The notes beneath the pieces are model-generated. The model ran no database searches. It saw only the letters and a list, made by a program, of their open reading frames with translations, and was not told the origin of the DNA. From assembly GCA_052035405.1 (NCBI GenBank), contig JBPOHQ010000002.1, positions 334 to 64,333 on the forward strand: DNA of 64,000 nucleotides, written 5' to 3'. This document shows positions 1-9,855 of this stretch, piece by piece; positions within the stretch are counted from its first letter, which is position 1; each line of letters opens with the position of its first letter. A program made the translations under genes and the position numbers. The DNA is from Candidatus Nomurabacteria bacterium (GTDB lineage Bacteria; Patescibacteriota; Minisyncoccia; Phycocordibacterales; UBA9973).

Positions 1-19
1 TCGAAAAGTATTCATTCCA

Positions 20-1825
20 TTGTTTAATTTTGATTATTCAAACGGTCTTATTAACGAATTTCAGTCTCAGGGTTACATTGAAGATACAGACCTATTTCTT
101 TTCCCATACGATTGGCGTTATGGAGTCAGTGATGATACAGTCCTAAAATTAAAACAAAAAATCACTGATATTTTGGCTCAAACAGGAGCAGATAAAATAA
201 ATGTCGTGGCTCACAGTACTGGAGGATTGATAGTAAAGAAATATGTAATACAAAATCCCATTGAGCATAAAATAGATAAGGCTATATTTGTAGGAGTCCC
301 AAATACAGGTGCTCCACAAGCAATAAAAAATTTTTTAGAAGGAAGTAATTTTAGTAACCCTTTTTTAGATAAAAAGGAGATGAAAAAGATATCTAAAAAT
401 TTACCTGTAGTATATGACTTATCCCCAAGTCAGCAATATTTTGATGCTAAGGGTAGTTACATAAGGGTGATAGATGATTACATTATAAATAAACATAAAA
501 AAGATTTAAGTTTTGAGGAAGTGAAGAGTTTTTTAATAGGTGATCACAGTCTAAATAACCAGGCTTTAGAAAATTCAACGAATCTTCATACCTTAGAATT
601 TGACAATTATGACTTGAGAGCAAACGGAGTAAATCTTTATTCTATTAATGGATGCAAAGCTGGTACTTTTGGTAAAATTATAGAGAGGCGAGTTCATAAA
701 GCGTTTGGTGTAGAAGTATTTTATGATGATGAACCAGATATGATTCCTGGGGACGGTACTGTACCACTTGAGAGTGCGACTAATCTGCCAATTAATCAAG
801 AAAATAAATATTTTGCCTTAAAAACCGAGCATAGTAAGATGCCCTCAGACAACGGTATACGTCAATTGATTGTAAATATTATATCTGGCAGTAATCTTGA
901 AATAAAAAATATTTCTCAAGATATTTCAAAGTGTAAGTTGAAAGGTCGTGCGATAGCACTCTATAGTCCGGTGTCTATTGATATTACAGATGGAGAGGGT
1001 AATCATTTAGGTTTGTATTCTGATGGAGTTAATATTGAAAATAATATTCCAAATGCTTACTTCGATATAATTAATGAAAGAAAATTTATATATTTACCTA
1101 CCGAAGAAGGGCAGACTTATTTGATTACTCTCAAAGGCACAGGTGAGGGAGTGTTCACCATTACAGATACAAATATAGAGGATAATCAAAAAACGAAGAT
1201 GCAAGTTTTTAAGGATATTAATGTAACAACACTACTGAAAGGCAAGTTGTTTTTTGGGGAAATTACCACTCTTGAATTAGATACAGACAATGATGGTGTA
1301 TATGAAAAAACTATTACTCCAGACTCTGTTTTAGATAGTGTCGAGTTGCAGGACTTCGACCCAACTCATCGTGTTGTTGTAGAACCAGAACCAGAGATGG
1401 AGGTTGAGACTCCTGAGCCTCCAGTTAATGTAAATGAAAATTCTATTGCTCCTAATGCCGGTGCTGTATTGATAAGTAGTGTACCATCCATTGCTGCACC
1501 AATAATATATCAACAAGTAGAAAACTCTAGCCATATTTTAGAAAGTAATTTACAAATAGAAACAATTAATAATAAAGTATTACTTAATAACTACGAAGAA
1601 ACAGCAAATAAACCAGAAGCTATATTAAGCATTTCTACCGAAGAATCTTTAATAAAAGAATCTCAAGACTTACCCGATATTAAATTGAAATCAGAAGTAA
1701 ATAATATAGACTTGGAGGCAAATGCTCTTACGGGTGAACAACATATGAATGTATTATTATTGGTAATTACTCTATTTAGTCTATTAATATTTTTAATTAT
1801 GGTAAAAAAATTCATAAAGAGGTAA
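20..1825 (+). CDS. Secreted or surface lipase/esterase of the LCAT/PGAP1-like alpha/beta-hydrolase type, with a C-terminal transmembrane anchor. It may be 5'-truncated by the window edge.
   Basis: FPYDWRY motif typical of the LCAT/PGAP1 lipase family. Nucleophile-elbow pentapeptide AHSTG (GxSxG type). Hydrophobic C-terminal segment LLLVITLFSLLIFLIMV. The ORF starts at TTG and there is no in-frame stop upstream to position 2. Confidence 0.55.
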   Translation: MFNFDYSNGLINEFQSQGYIEDTDLFLFPYDWRYGVSDDTVLKLKQKITDILAQTGADKINVVAHSTGGLIVKKYVIQNPIEHKIDKAIFVGVPNTGAPQAIKNFLEGSNFSNPFLDKKEMKKISKNLPVVYDLSPSQQYFDAKGSYIRVIDDYIINKHKKDLSFEEVKSFLIGDHSLNNQALENSTNLHTLEFDNYDLRANGVNLYSINGCKAGTFGKIIERRVHKAFGVEVFYDDEPDMIPGDGTVPLESATNLPINQENKYFALKTEHSKMPSDNGIRQLIVNIISGSNLEIKNISQDISKCKLKGRAIALYSPVSIDITDGEGNHLGLYSDGVNIENNIPNAYFDIINERKFIYLPTEEGQTYLITLKGTGEGVFTITDTNIEDNQKTKMQVFKDINVTTLLKGKLFFGEITTLELDTDNDGVYEKTITPDSVLDSVELQDFDPTHRVVVEPEPEMEVETPEPPVNVNENSIAPNAGAVLISSVPSIAAPIIYQQVENSSHILESNLQIETINNKVLLNNYEETANKPEAILSISTEESLIKESQDLPDIKLKSEVNNIDLEANALTGEQHMNVLLLVITLFSLLIFLIMVKKFIKR

Positions 1826-1829
1826 AATA

Positions 1830-2186
1830 ATGTGTATGCAAAAATCACAAAAAAAACTACTCTATATTTCTCTGGGAATATTTACTTTAATTGAAATATT
1901 TTTCTCTCCAATCATATCTTTCGTTGCTTTTTTGTTTGGTATTACAGATTTTAAATATCTATATGAATTACTTATAAACTCTCAGTTTTTTTTAGACAAT
2001 CAAGCTTTTTCCTTCGCTATTCTTTTCATTGAGTTTTCGTCAGTGCTAGCAATATTTATTTTGAATTTAAAAGTTAATAGAAGTGTTATGAGAAGTATTA
2101 TTTCCGTAATTTCTGTAATCATACTTTTGCTTATTTTATTTTTTTTGTATCTGGCTTTTAATTTACGCAACGGAGTCGGTTTTTAA
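1830..2186 (+). CDS. Hypothetical small polytopic membrane protein.
   Basis: 118 aa ORF with several hydrophobic helices and no recognisable motif. Confidence 0.35.
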   Translation: MCMQKSQKKLLYISLGIFTLIEIFFSPIISFVAFLFGITDFKYLYELLINSQFFLDNQAFSFAILFIEFSSVLAIFILNLKVNRSVMRSIISVISVIILLLILFFLYLAFNLRNGVGF

Positions 2187-2348
2187 GATTTAACTTAACA
2201 ATCTTTCTTTTTGTTTAAAAAATATTAAAATTACGAAACAAGAAATTTGGAATAATATACTTATGTCTTCTACTAAATCAGAAACAAAAATAATCCAAGA
2301 ATAAGAAAATTATTTTGATTTAAAGTTTATTTGTATTAAAATACTACT

Positions 2349-3641
2349 ATGTGGCAATGGCTCATGGACATGTTAAGTAGAGTACCTGAAACTTTTTGGT
2401 TGTTGGTAGCTGTTTTAGTTGTTGGCCGTATGGCATGGATTATGTGGGTGCACTACATACAGCAAGACTTTATCTCAGGTATTGACCATGTACTCCTGGA
2501 AATAATTCCCCCTCGTGATGTATTGCGTAGTCCTCGTGCGATGGAGCTTTTTTTTACAAATGCACTTTATCACTGGAGTAATAAAGGTGGTCTTGAAGCA
2601 TACTGGCAAGGTGCAATATGGTTTTGGTATTCTCTTGAAATAGTATCTATTGAGGGACAAGTACACTTTTATATATATACTCCAACTCGTATCAGAGAAT
2701 TAATAGAGACCCAGATGTATGCACAGTATCCTCAGGCTCAGGTGCGAGCGGTTGATGACTATACCTTGGCAGTAGACGAGATTACTCCACAGAGTGAATG
2801 GCAGATGTGGGCTTGTGAATTTAAATTAGAAAAACACCATGCCTATCCTATAAAGACATATATTGATTACGGACTTGATAAAGATCCAAAAGAAGAATTT
2901 AAGATCGATCCTATTTCTCCTGTTATTGAACTTTTTGGTTCCCTTAAAAAGGGAGAGCAAATGTGGTTACAGATAGTAGTACGACCATCAAAGAATGAAT
3001 TCCATAGTCATACTGGAAAAATGGTTAATTGGGTAGATGCTTCAAAAGAAGAACTTGAAAGACTTTTGGAAGAGTATGCGAAGATGAACGTAATTGAAGG
3101 CGAAGAAAAAATAGCCAGAACTCGTCCGCCGTTTGCTATGGAGCCAACAGTTAAAGGTATTACTGAAAAGATGTTGAAGATTGGTTTTGATACAGGTATT
3201 CGTGCAGTGTACGTTGCTAAAAAAGAAGCATGGAGCATGAACAGTCGTCGTAATATTCGTCTTATTTTTCGTCAGTACGCAAAGCCATTATCAAATTCAT
3301 TTGAACGTACAAACTCTGCTCAGGCAGATGCACTCGGAGGAATGTTTCCAGGATGGTTTATGTTGAAACCAGAGACTGTTATGGTATTAAATGATCGTAT
3401 GCTTCATGAGTACAGAGAAAGAGCATTCTTTTACCATCCTATGAGACATCAATTGTTTCATCATTTACCATGGCCGATATCACCATATATTATGCCAGCA
3501 TATTTTCATCCGCACACTTTTGTGTTAAACGTAGAAGAGCTCGCAACAATTTGGCACTTTCCTGGTCAGATTCTTAAAGTCCCTACACTTGAACGTATTG
3601 AAAGTAAAGAAGCTTCTCCTCCTAATAATTTACCGACTTAA
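2349..3641 (+). CDS. Hypothetical N-terminally membrane-anchored protein, rich in Trp/His/Tyr, of unknown function.
   Basis: 430 aa ORF. N-terminal TM helix FWLLVAVLVVGRMAWIMWV. Codon usage looks GC-richer than its neighbours. No known catalytic motif recognised. Confidence 0.5.
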   Translation: MWQWLMDMLSRVPETFWLLVAVLVVGRMAWIMWVHYIQQDFISGIDHVLLEIIPPRDVLRSPRAMELFFTNALYHWSNKGGLEAYWQGAIWFWYSLEIVSIEGQVHFYIYTPTRIRELIETQMYAQYPQAQVRAVDDYTLAVDEITPQSEWQMWACEFKLEKHHAYPIKTYIDYGLDKDPKEEFKIDPISPVIELFGSLKKGEQMWLQIVVRPSKNEFHSHTGKMVNWVDASKEELERLLEEYAKMNVIEGEEKIARTRPPFAMEPTVKGITEKMLKIGFDTGIRAVYVAKKEAWSMNSRRNIRLIFRQYAKPLSNSFERTNSAQADALGGMFPGWFMLKPETVMVLNDRMLHEYRERAFFYHPMRHQLFHHLPWPISPYIMPAYFHPHTFVLNVEELATIWHFPGQILKVPTLERIESKEASPPNNLPT

Positions 3642-3646
3642 AATTC

Positions 3647-4612
3647 ATGGATACTACTGAATTAGAAAATCAAACAATACCGGAAATACAGCAAGAACTT
3701 CCTCTAGAAAAACCTAAAAACAAAACTAACAGCTTGATGAAAATGTTAGTTTTGTTTATTTTTTCCATACTAGTTGCTTTAATTTCTGGTTATTTTTTGT
3801 TTGTTCAGGCACCAACGGATTTTAAAATAGGAGAGGTTGTTACAGTTGAAGAGGGAGAGAGTTTAAGAAGTGTATCGCTTCAGTTAAAAGAACAACATTT
3901 TATAAAATCTCGAGTTGCTTTTGAGACATTTGTAATTATATACGGTGGGGAGAAGCATATTATTCCTGGGGACTATTTATTTGAAAAGAAGGCGTCAGTG
4001 GACGAGATAGCTTACAGAATATCAAAAGGGGATAAAAGGCTATCCATGGTTAAGATTACTATCCCAGAGGGATTTAATCATACAGACATAGCAGAGATTT
4101 GTTCACTTAAATTAGAAAACTTTAGTAAATCAAAATTTCTAACACTTGCAAAAGGAACAGAAGGATATCTTTTCCCGGATACGTATTTCTTTTCTGTTAC
4201 AGATAATGAAGAAGATGTTTTTGATTATATGAAAAGAAATTTTGAAAAAAAGACGACCAATATCTTTAAAGAAATAGAAGAGAGGGGGATGAATAAAAAA
4301 GAAATCATTGTTATGGCTTCTATTCTGGAACGAGAGGCAAAAGGTGATGCTGATAGAGAGATTATTTCTGGGATACTTTGGAAAAGATTGAGTATAGGGA
4401 TGGCTCTTCAGGTGGATGCAGCACCGATAACGTATAAAGAGCGAGGGTTACCTGCGAACCCTATCTCAAATCCTGGACTTCTTGCTATCCGTGCTGCTAT
4501 GTATCCAGAAAAGTCAGATTATTTATACTATTTACACAGTGAAGATGGAGAAGTGCATTTTGCAAAAACTTTTGACGAACATAGACAAAATAAGAAAAAG
4601 TACTTAAGATAA
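3647..4612 (+). CDS. mltG: Endolytic murein transglycosylase MltG (YceG family).
   Basis: N-terminal TM anchor followed by a YceG-like domain. The C-terminal region (…YKERGLPANPISNPGLLAIRAAMYPEKSDYLYYL) resembles the conserved YceG C-terminus. Confidence 0.75.
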   Translation: MDTTELENQTIPEIQQELPLEKPKNKTNSLMKMLVLFIFSILVALISGYFLFVQAPTDFKIGEVVTVEEGESLRSVSLQLKEQHFIKSRVAFETFVIIYGGEKHIIPGDYLFEKKASVDEIAYRISKGDKRLSMVKITIPEGFNHTDIAEICSLKLENFSKSKFLTLAKGTEGYLFPDTYFFSVTDNEEDVFDYMKRNFEKKTTNIFKEIEERGMNKKEIIVMASILEREAKGDADREIISGILWKRLSIGMALQVDAAPITYKERGLPANPISNPGLLAIRAAMYPEKSDYLYYLHSEDGEVHFAKTFDEHRQNKKKYLR

Positions 4613-4618
4613 GTCTAC

Positions 4619-5818
4619 ATGAAGAAAAATAAGAAAGTTGTGTTTGTTGGTATGTCTGGAGGAGTGGATTCCTCAGTATCAGCAGCTCTTTTGCAAAAAG
4701 AGGGGTATGATGTCGTGGGTGTTTTTATTCATACTTGGCATCCTGATTTTATTGAGTGCAACGAAGAAGAAGAGCGTCGTGATGCGATGCGAGTTGCAGC
4801 ACACCTTGATATTCCATTTATTACTTTTGACCTAGAAGAAGAATACAAGAAAGGTGTTGCCGACTATATGATAGAAGAATACAAAAAGGGGCGAACTCCA
4901 AACCCTGATGTGATGTGCAATAAAGAAGTTAAGTTTGGTGCATTTTTGAATAAAGCACTTTCCATGGGAGCGGATTTCGTGGCGACTGGACATTATGCGA
5001 AAAACAGAAATTTAAAAAATTCTTCCGCCTTCGCCCTCGGAGACAAAAAGGCAGGGGACCCACGGCTCCCTAATTTTTTAAATTTCTGTTTAGAAAAAGG
5101 GAAGGATTCTTCAAAAGACCAAGTATATTTCCTTTGGACTTTAAATCAAGAACAACTTTCTAAAATATTATTTCCAATAGGACATTTAAAGAAAACCGAA
5201 GTTCGCAAACTTGCAGAGAAATTTAAATTACCAGTAGCAGAAAAGAAGGACAGCCAGGGTATATGTTTTTTAGGTGATATAGATTTGAAAGATTTTTTGA
5301 AACACTACATACAAGAAAAAGAAGGAAAAGTTTTAAATGAAAAGGGTGAAGAAATAGGATTCCATGATGGAGCTGTTTTTCATACTCTGGGTGAACGCCA
5401 TGGATTTACGATAACTAAAAAAACTCCAAATGATGGAGCGTATTATATAGTGGGCAAAGATATAGAAAAGAATATTTTAATTGTCAGTCAAGACAAAAAT
5501 CGTCTTGCAAAGAGTACGGATATTTTTCTGTTGAAAAATTCCTCGTGCTCGCCTCAGTCAGGACCGCAAGCCTCTTTGCAAGATGGTTTTCGTATATCTT
5601 TAATCAATGTTAATTGGATTTCAGAAATCCCAAAAGAAGATAAAAAATATACAGCTCAGATCCGTTATCATGGGGAACTTTTTCCTTGTAAAATAAAATA
5701 CTTAGGTGCTGCTTCAGAAATACAAATCATTTTTGAAAAACCAGTTTTAGTAGCCCCGGGGCAATCAATTGTTTTATATAACAAAGATATTGTTCTAGGT
5801 GGTGGGGTTGTTAGATAA
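4619..5818 (+). CDS. mnmA: tRNA-specific 2-thiouridylase MnmA.
   Basis: N-terminal PP-loop VVFVGMSGGVDSSVSA. The remaining sequence is MnmA-like (HTWHPD, the catalytic Cys region, C-terminal barrel) and carries a low-complexity insertion. Confidence 0.85.
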   Translation: MKKNKKVVFVGMSGGVDSSVSAALLQKEGYDVVGVFIHTWHPDFIECNEEEERRDAMRVAAHLDIPFITFDLEEEYKKGVADYMIEEYKKGRTPNPDVMCNKEVKFGAFLNKALSMGADFVATGHYAKNRNLKNSSAFALGDKKAGDPRLPNFLNFCLEKGKDSSKDQVYFLWTLNQEQLSKILFPIGHLKKTEVRKLAEKFKLPVAEKKDSQGICFLGDIDLKDFLKHYIQEKEGKVLNEKGEEIGFHDGAVFHTLGERHGFTITKKTPNDGAYYIVGKDIEKNILIVSQDKNRLAKSTDIFLLKNSSCSPQSGPQASLQDGFRISLINVNWISEIPKEDKKYTAQIRYHGELFPCKIKYLGAASEIQIIFEKPVLVAPGQSIVLYNKDIVLGGGVVR

Positions 5819-5857
5819 TTCTTGTCTTTTTTATTACTTTTATTATACAATACTCAC

Positions 5858-6328
5858 ATGACTCAATTTTTTACGGAAAATGGCGATATGATACTCAGAC
5901 TCCTTTTGGCTGTGGTTCTCGGTATTGTCATTGGACTTGAGAGACTTTTTGCTCACAAGGAAGCAGGTATGAAGACCCATGCACTCGTTTCTCTCGGAGC
6001 AGCACTTTTTGTAATAATATCTGAAATGTTAGCTATGAAATACGGTACCATGGGGAGCTTTGACCCATCACGTATGGCCTCACAGATTATCGTCGGAATT
6101 GGATTCCTTGGAGCTGGCTCAATCATACTTGAGGGTTCACGTTTGAAAGGACTCACTACTGCTAGTGGATTTTGGGTGACTGCAGGTATCGGCATGGCCG
6201 CTGGTTTTGGACTTTTTAGTTTAGCTATAACGGCGACTGCCTTTGTGCTACTCATATTTGTTGCACTCTATGTTTTAGAAAATTCAATTAGAAAATCCTT
6301 CAAAAATACTCTCGAAGGAAAAGAATAG
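5858..6328 (+). CDS. MgtC/SapB family membrane protein.
   Basis: ILRLLLAVVLGIVIGLERL… is an MgtC N-terminal signature. The ATG at 5858 is preferred over the track's TTG at 5822, which overlaps the mnmA stop. A TATTAT/TATACAAT-like -10 element lies just upstream. Confidence 0.65.
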   Translation: MTQFFTENGDMILRLLLAVVLGIVIGLERLFAHKEAGMKTHALVSLGAALFVIISEMLAMKYGTMGSFDPSRMASQIIVGIGFLGAGSIILEGSRLKGLTTASGFWVTAGIGMAAGFGLFSLAITATAFVLLIFVALYVLENSIRKSFKNTLEGKE

Positions 6329-6370
6329 GGAGAAAATTAAAAAAGTTAATTTAAAATTATATATACTACT

Positions 6371-8233
6371 ATGACTACATACGAAGTTAGAAAAAAATTC
6401 TTAGAATATTTTAAGTCTCAAGGTCATGCGGTTATTCCTTCAAGTCCGATAATTCCACAAAATGATCCGACAACGTTATTTACTGGTTCCGGTATGCAAC
6501 CTATGGTGCCATACTTACTCGGACAAACTCACCCTTCAGGAACCCGTATCACAGATAGTCAGATTTGTTTCCGTGCTCAAGATATAGAAGAAGTTGGAGA
6601 CAATCGTCACACCACTTTTTTTGAAATGCTTGGTAATTGGTCACTAGGAGATTTCTTTAAAAATGAACAAATTCCTTGGATGTGGGGATTCTTGACAGAT
6701 AAAAATGTTGGACTTGGTTTATCACCTGAGAGACTTTATTTCACTTGTTTTAAAGGTTCACCTGAAATAGGAATACCCAAAGACACAGAGTCCTCAAAAC
6801 TCTGGCAGGATTTATTTAAAGGTGTTGGTATCGATGCAAAGATTGGAGAGAACCCAGAATTAGACGGCATGAAAGGAGGTGAGAGAATATTTTATTATCC
6901 TGATAAGAAAAATTGGTGGAGCCGTGCAGGGGTTCCAGCAAATATGCCAGTAGGTGAGCCTGGAGGACCAGATACAGAGATGTTCTACGACTTTGATCCA
7001 AGTAATGCTAAAGGTGTTCATGAAAAAAGCGAATGGGCAAGTGAACTGTGTCATGTGAATTGTGATTGTGGTAGGTTCGTAGAAATCGGAAACAATGTTT
7101 TTATGGAATACATTCGTACAGAAAATGGATACGAAAAATTAAAACAACAAAACGTGGACTTCGGTGGAGGGCTTGAGCGTCTCGTGGCTGCTACTAATGA
7201 TGATTCTGACGTGTTTAATATTGACGTGTTTTCTGCACCTAAAAATATGCTAGAAAATCTCTCACATATAAGATATGGAACTGATAAAAAAACTACGTAC
7301 GCAATGCGAGTAATATTAGACCATATACGCGTAGCTACATTTTTAATTGCTGATGGTGTTATTCCTTCAAATAAAGATCAAGGATACTTTACTCGCAGAC
7401 TAATTCGTCGTTCAGTACGGTTCTCTAGAGATCTAGGAATACACAAAAACTTCTGTGCAGATATTGCTTCTGAATATATCAATACCTATAAATCTCACTA
7501 CGACCATTTAGAAAAAAATAAAGAAATAATTGTTAGTGAGTTGTTAGCAGAAGAAGAAAGATTTAGACAGACGCTTGAAGATGGACTTAAATATTTTGAA
7601 CGTGGTGAAGACCCTTTTGTTTTGTATACTACTTACGGTTTTCCTATTGAATTAACTGAAGAGTTGGCAAAAGAAAAGGGAGTTATTATTGATCGTTCAG
7701 ATTTTGACAAAAAAATGGAAGAACACCAGAAACTTTCTCGTGCAGGTGGGGAGCAAAAATTTAAAGGCGGATTGGCAGATACCAGTGAGGCTACGGTCAG
7801 ACTTCATACTGCACATCACTTATTACTTGCAGCACTTCGAGAAGTTTTAGGAGATCATGTTCATCAAAGAGGTAGTAATATTACCGCAGAAAGACTTCGT
7901 ATGGATTTCGCTCATCCTGCGAAAGTTACGCCAGAAGAATTAGAAAAAGCAGAGAAAATGGTCAATAAATGGATTAATGAAAAATTACCAATGACTCGTG
8001 TAGAGATACCTCGAGAAGAAGCTGAAAAAGTAGGAGCTCAAATGGAATTTGGGGCAAAGTATCCAGATGTTGTCTCAGTATATTTTGTAGGGGAAAATCT
8101 CCAAAACGCAGTCTCTAAAGAATTTTGTGGAGGACCACATGTGAAAAATACTAGCGAATTAAGTACATTTAAAATTCTAAAAGAAGAAGCTGTGGCTCAG
8201 GGAGTTAGGAGAATTAAAGCTGTGCTGTCATAA
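6371..8233 (+). CDS. alaS: Alanine--tRNA ligase, short form (aminoacylation plus editing domains, no C-Ala domain).
   Basis: Class II AlaRS N-terminal sequence (FTGSGMQPMVPYLLG, FFEMLGNWSLGDFFK). Editing-domain motifs HTAHHLLLAAL…H and CGGPHV. Only 620 aa. Confidence 0.85.
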   Translation: MTTYEVRKKFLEYFKSQGHAVIPSSPIIPQNDPTTLFTGSGMQPMVPYLLGQTHPSGTRITDSQICFRAQDIEEVGDNRHTTFFEMLGNWSLGDFFKNEQIPWMWGFLTDKNVGLGLSPERLYFTCFKGSPEIGIPKDTESSKLWQDLFKGVGIDAKIGENPELDGMKGGERIFYYPDKKNWWSRAGVPANMPVGEPGGPDTEMFYDFDPSNAKGVHEKSEWASELCHVNCDCGRFVEIGNNVFMEYIRTENGYEKLKQQNVDFGGGLERLVAATNDDSDVFNIDVFSAPKNMLENLSHIRYGTDKKTTYAMRVILDHIRVATFLIADGVIPSNKDQGYFTRRLIRRSVRFSRDLGIHKNFCADIASEYINTYKSHYDHLEKNKEIIVSELLAEEERFRQTLEDGLKYFERGEDPFVLYTTYGFPIELTEELAKEKGVIIDRSDFDKKMEEHQKLSRAGGEQKFKGGLADTSEATVRLHTAHHLLLAALREVLGDHVHQRGSNITAERLRMDFAHPAKVTPEELEKAEKMVNKWINEKLPMTRVEIPREEAEKVGAQMEFGAKYPDVVSVYFVGENLQNAVSKEFCGGPHVKNTSELSTFKILKEEAVAQGVRRIKAVLS

Positions 8234-8240
8234 TATCTCT

Positions 8241-8609
8241 ATGAGTTTTATTGAAAAAATAAAAAATACATTTTATGTAGATAAGTGGTGGGGTAAAACT
8301 ATTGTTTGGTTTTTAGCTTACGTGCTATTATGGGCTATTTGTTTTGGATCAATACTTTTGGTTCCATATGATTCTCTCGTTACTTTCGCTTCAAGATACA
8401 GAAAAATTGTTCCTTTCTATATTTTTGGTTTTTTTCCTGTGATTAGTTTTCTGATACTATACTTTTTAAATAAAGCACTTTATGTAAAAAAGTTAACATT
8501 ATTTATTGTACATGTTGTAGTGATTGCAGTCTCAATACTTTTATTTTTTATATCAGTCTATAGAATCTCACTTAATCACTCTCTTTTATCTAATTTGCCT
8601 ACTTTCTAA
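8241..8609 (+). CDS. Hypothetical small membrane protein.
   Basis: 122 aa with 3-4 hydrophobic helices. Confidence 0.35.
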   Translation: MSFIEKIKNTFYVDKWWGKTIVWFLAYVLLWAICFGSILLVPYDSLVTFASRYRKIVPFYIFGFFPVISFLILYFLNKALYVKKLTLFIVHVVVIAVSILLFFISVYRISLNHSLLSNLPTF

Positions 8610-8666
8610 ATAGATGAAACTAATATTTATTTTGAAAAAAGCATTGGAAGAGAGTATACTACATGT

Positions 8667-9842
8667 ATGGGAATTTTTTCCAAGCCTCAAAAACAAAATG
8701 AGTTAGCACTAGTGCTCGACATAGGTTCTTCTTCTGTTGGTGGGGCGTTGTTTTGGATGCAATCTACAGGTATACCGAAGATTATTTTTGCAATGAGGGA
8801 ACCGATACCACTTGAGGAGGAAATTTCAATCGACAAGCTCATCACTTTAACTGTAAAAACTTTAAATGTAGTAGTAAGTAAAATTTGCATGATGGGATTG
8901 GGTAGACCTTCCCGTATGTATTGCGTGCTCTCTTCTCCGTGGTATGCATCTCAAACAAGAGTGCTTAAACTAGAAAAAAACACACCATTTATTTTTACTG
9001 AAAAACTTGCAGACAGTTTGATCCAAAAAGAAATTGCTCTTTTTAAGGAAGAGTATAAAGAAAAAGACTCTCATCCAGATAATCAAATACGTCCAATTGA
9101 ACTTAAAAACATGAAGACCGTATTGAATGGATATGATACATTGCGTCCTTTAAATCAAAAAGCAAAGGTTCTTGAGATGACTATTTTTGCATCTGTTTCA
9201 CAAGAACAAATTTTGAAAAAAGTAGAAGAAACCATAGAAAGACATTTCCATTCAAGAGAAATTAGATTTTCCTCTTTTGTTATGTCGTCATTTACCGTCG
9301 CTCGAGATATGTTCGTTAATCAAGATAACTTCCTGCTGATTAATATTGGGGGAGAGGTAACCGATATTTCAATGATAAAAAAGGAAATAATACAGGAATC
9401 TGTTTCTTATCCAGCTGGACGTAATTTTATTATTCGTAATGTTGCAAAGGGGCTAGGGGTGAGTCTAGTTGAAGCAAAATCTCTAATTTCTCTATACAAA
9501 GACGGACATATGGCTGATATAACCGAGAAAAAAGCCGAGGAAGTTATCAGTAGTATAAAGACAAGATGGTTAAAAAAATTCCAAGAATCGCTCTCTAATC
9601 TTACAAATGATATTTCAATTCCGGCCACTATTTTTATAACGGTTGATCAAGATTTAGCAGAATTTTTCTCAAACATTATTAAAACAGAAGAGTTTAACCA
9701 GTATACATTAACCGAATCAAAATTTAGACTTATTTTTTTGAGTACAAGTGCACTGCACGGTATAGCTACATTTGAGGAAGATGCAATTCGTGATCCATTT
9801 TTAATAATAGAATCTATTTACATTAATCGTTTCCTTCGTTAA
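8667..9842 (+). CDS. Actin-fold ATPase, PilM/FtsA-like.
   Basis: The N-terminal LVLDIGSSSVGGAL phosphate-1 motif is typical of PilM/FtsA/actin-like ATPases. Length is 391 aa. There is no ftsZ neighbour. Confidence 0.5.
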   Translation: MGIFSKPQKQNELALVLDIGSSSVGGALFWMQSTGIPKIIFAMREPIPLEEEISIDKLITLTVKTLNVVVSKICMMGLGRPSRMYCVLSSPWYASQTRVLKLEKNTPFIFTEKLADSLIQKEIALFKEEYKEKDSHPDNQIRPIELKNMKTVLNGYDTLRPLNQKAKVLEMTIFASVSQEQILKKVEETIERHFHSREIRFSSFVMSSFTVARDMFVNQDNFLLINIGGEVTDISMIKKEIIQESVSYPAGRNFIIRNVAKGLGVSLVEAKSLISLYKDGHMADITEKKAEEVISSIKTRWLKKFQESLSNLTNDISIPATIFITVDQDLAEFFSNIIKTEEFNQYTLTESKFRLIFLSTSALHGIATFEEDAIRDPFLIIESIYINRFLR

Positions 9843-9855
9843 AATATCAACATCT

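Noticed and set aside
4638-4835. 65 aa plus-strand ORF inside mnmA.
   Set aside because: It is an alternative frame of a well-supported gene.
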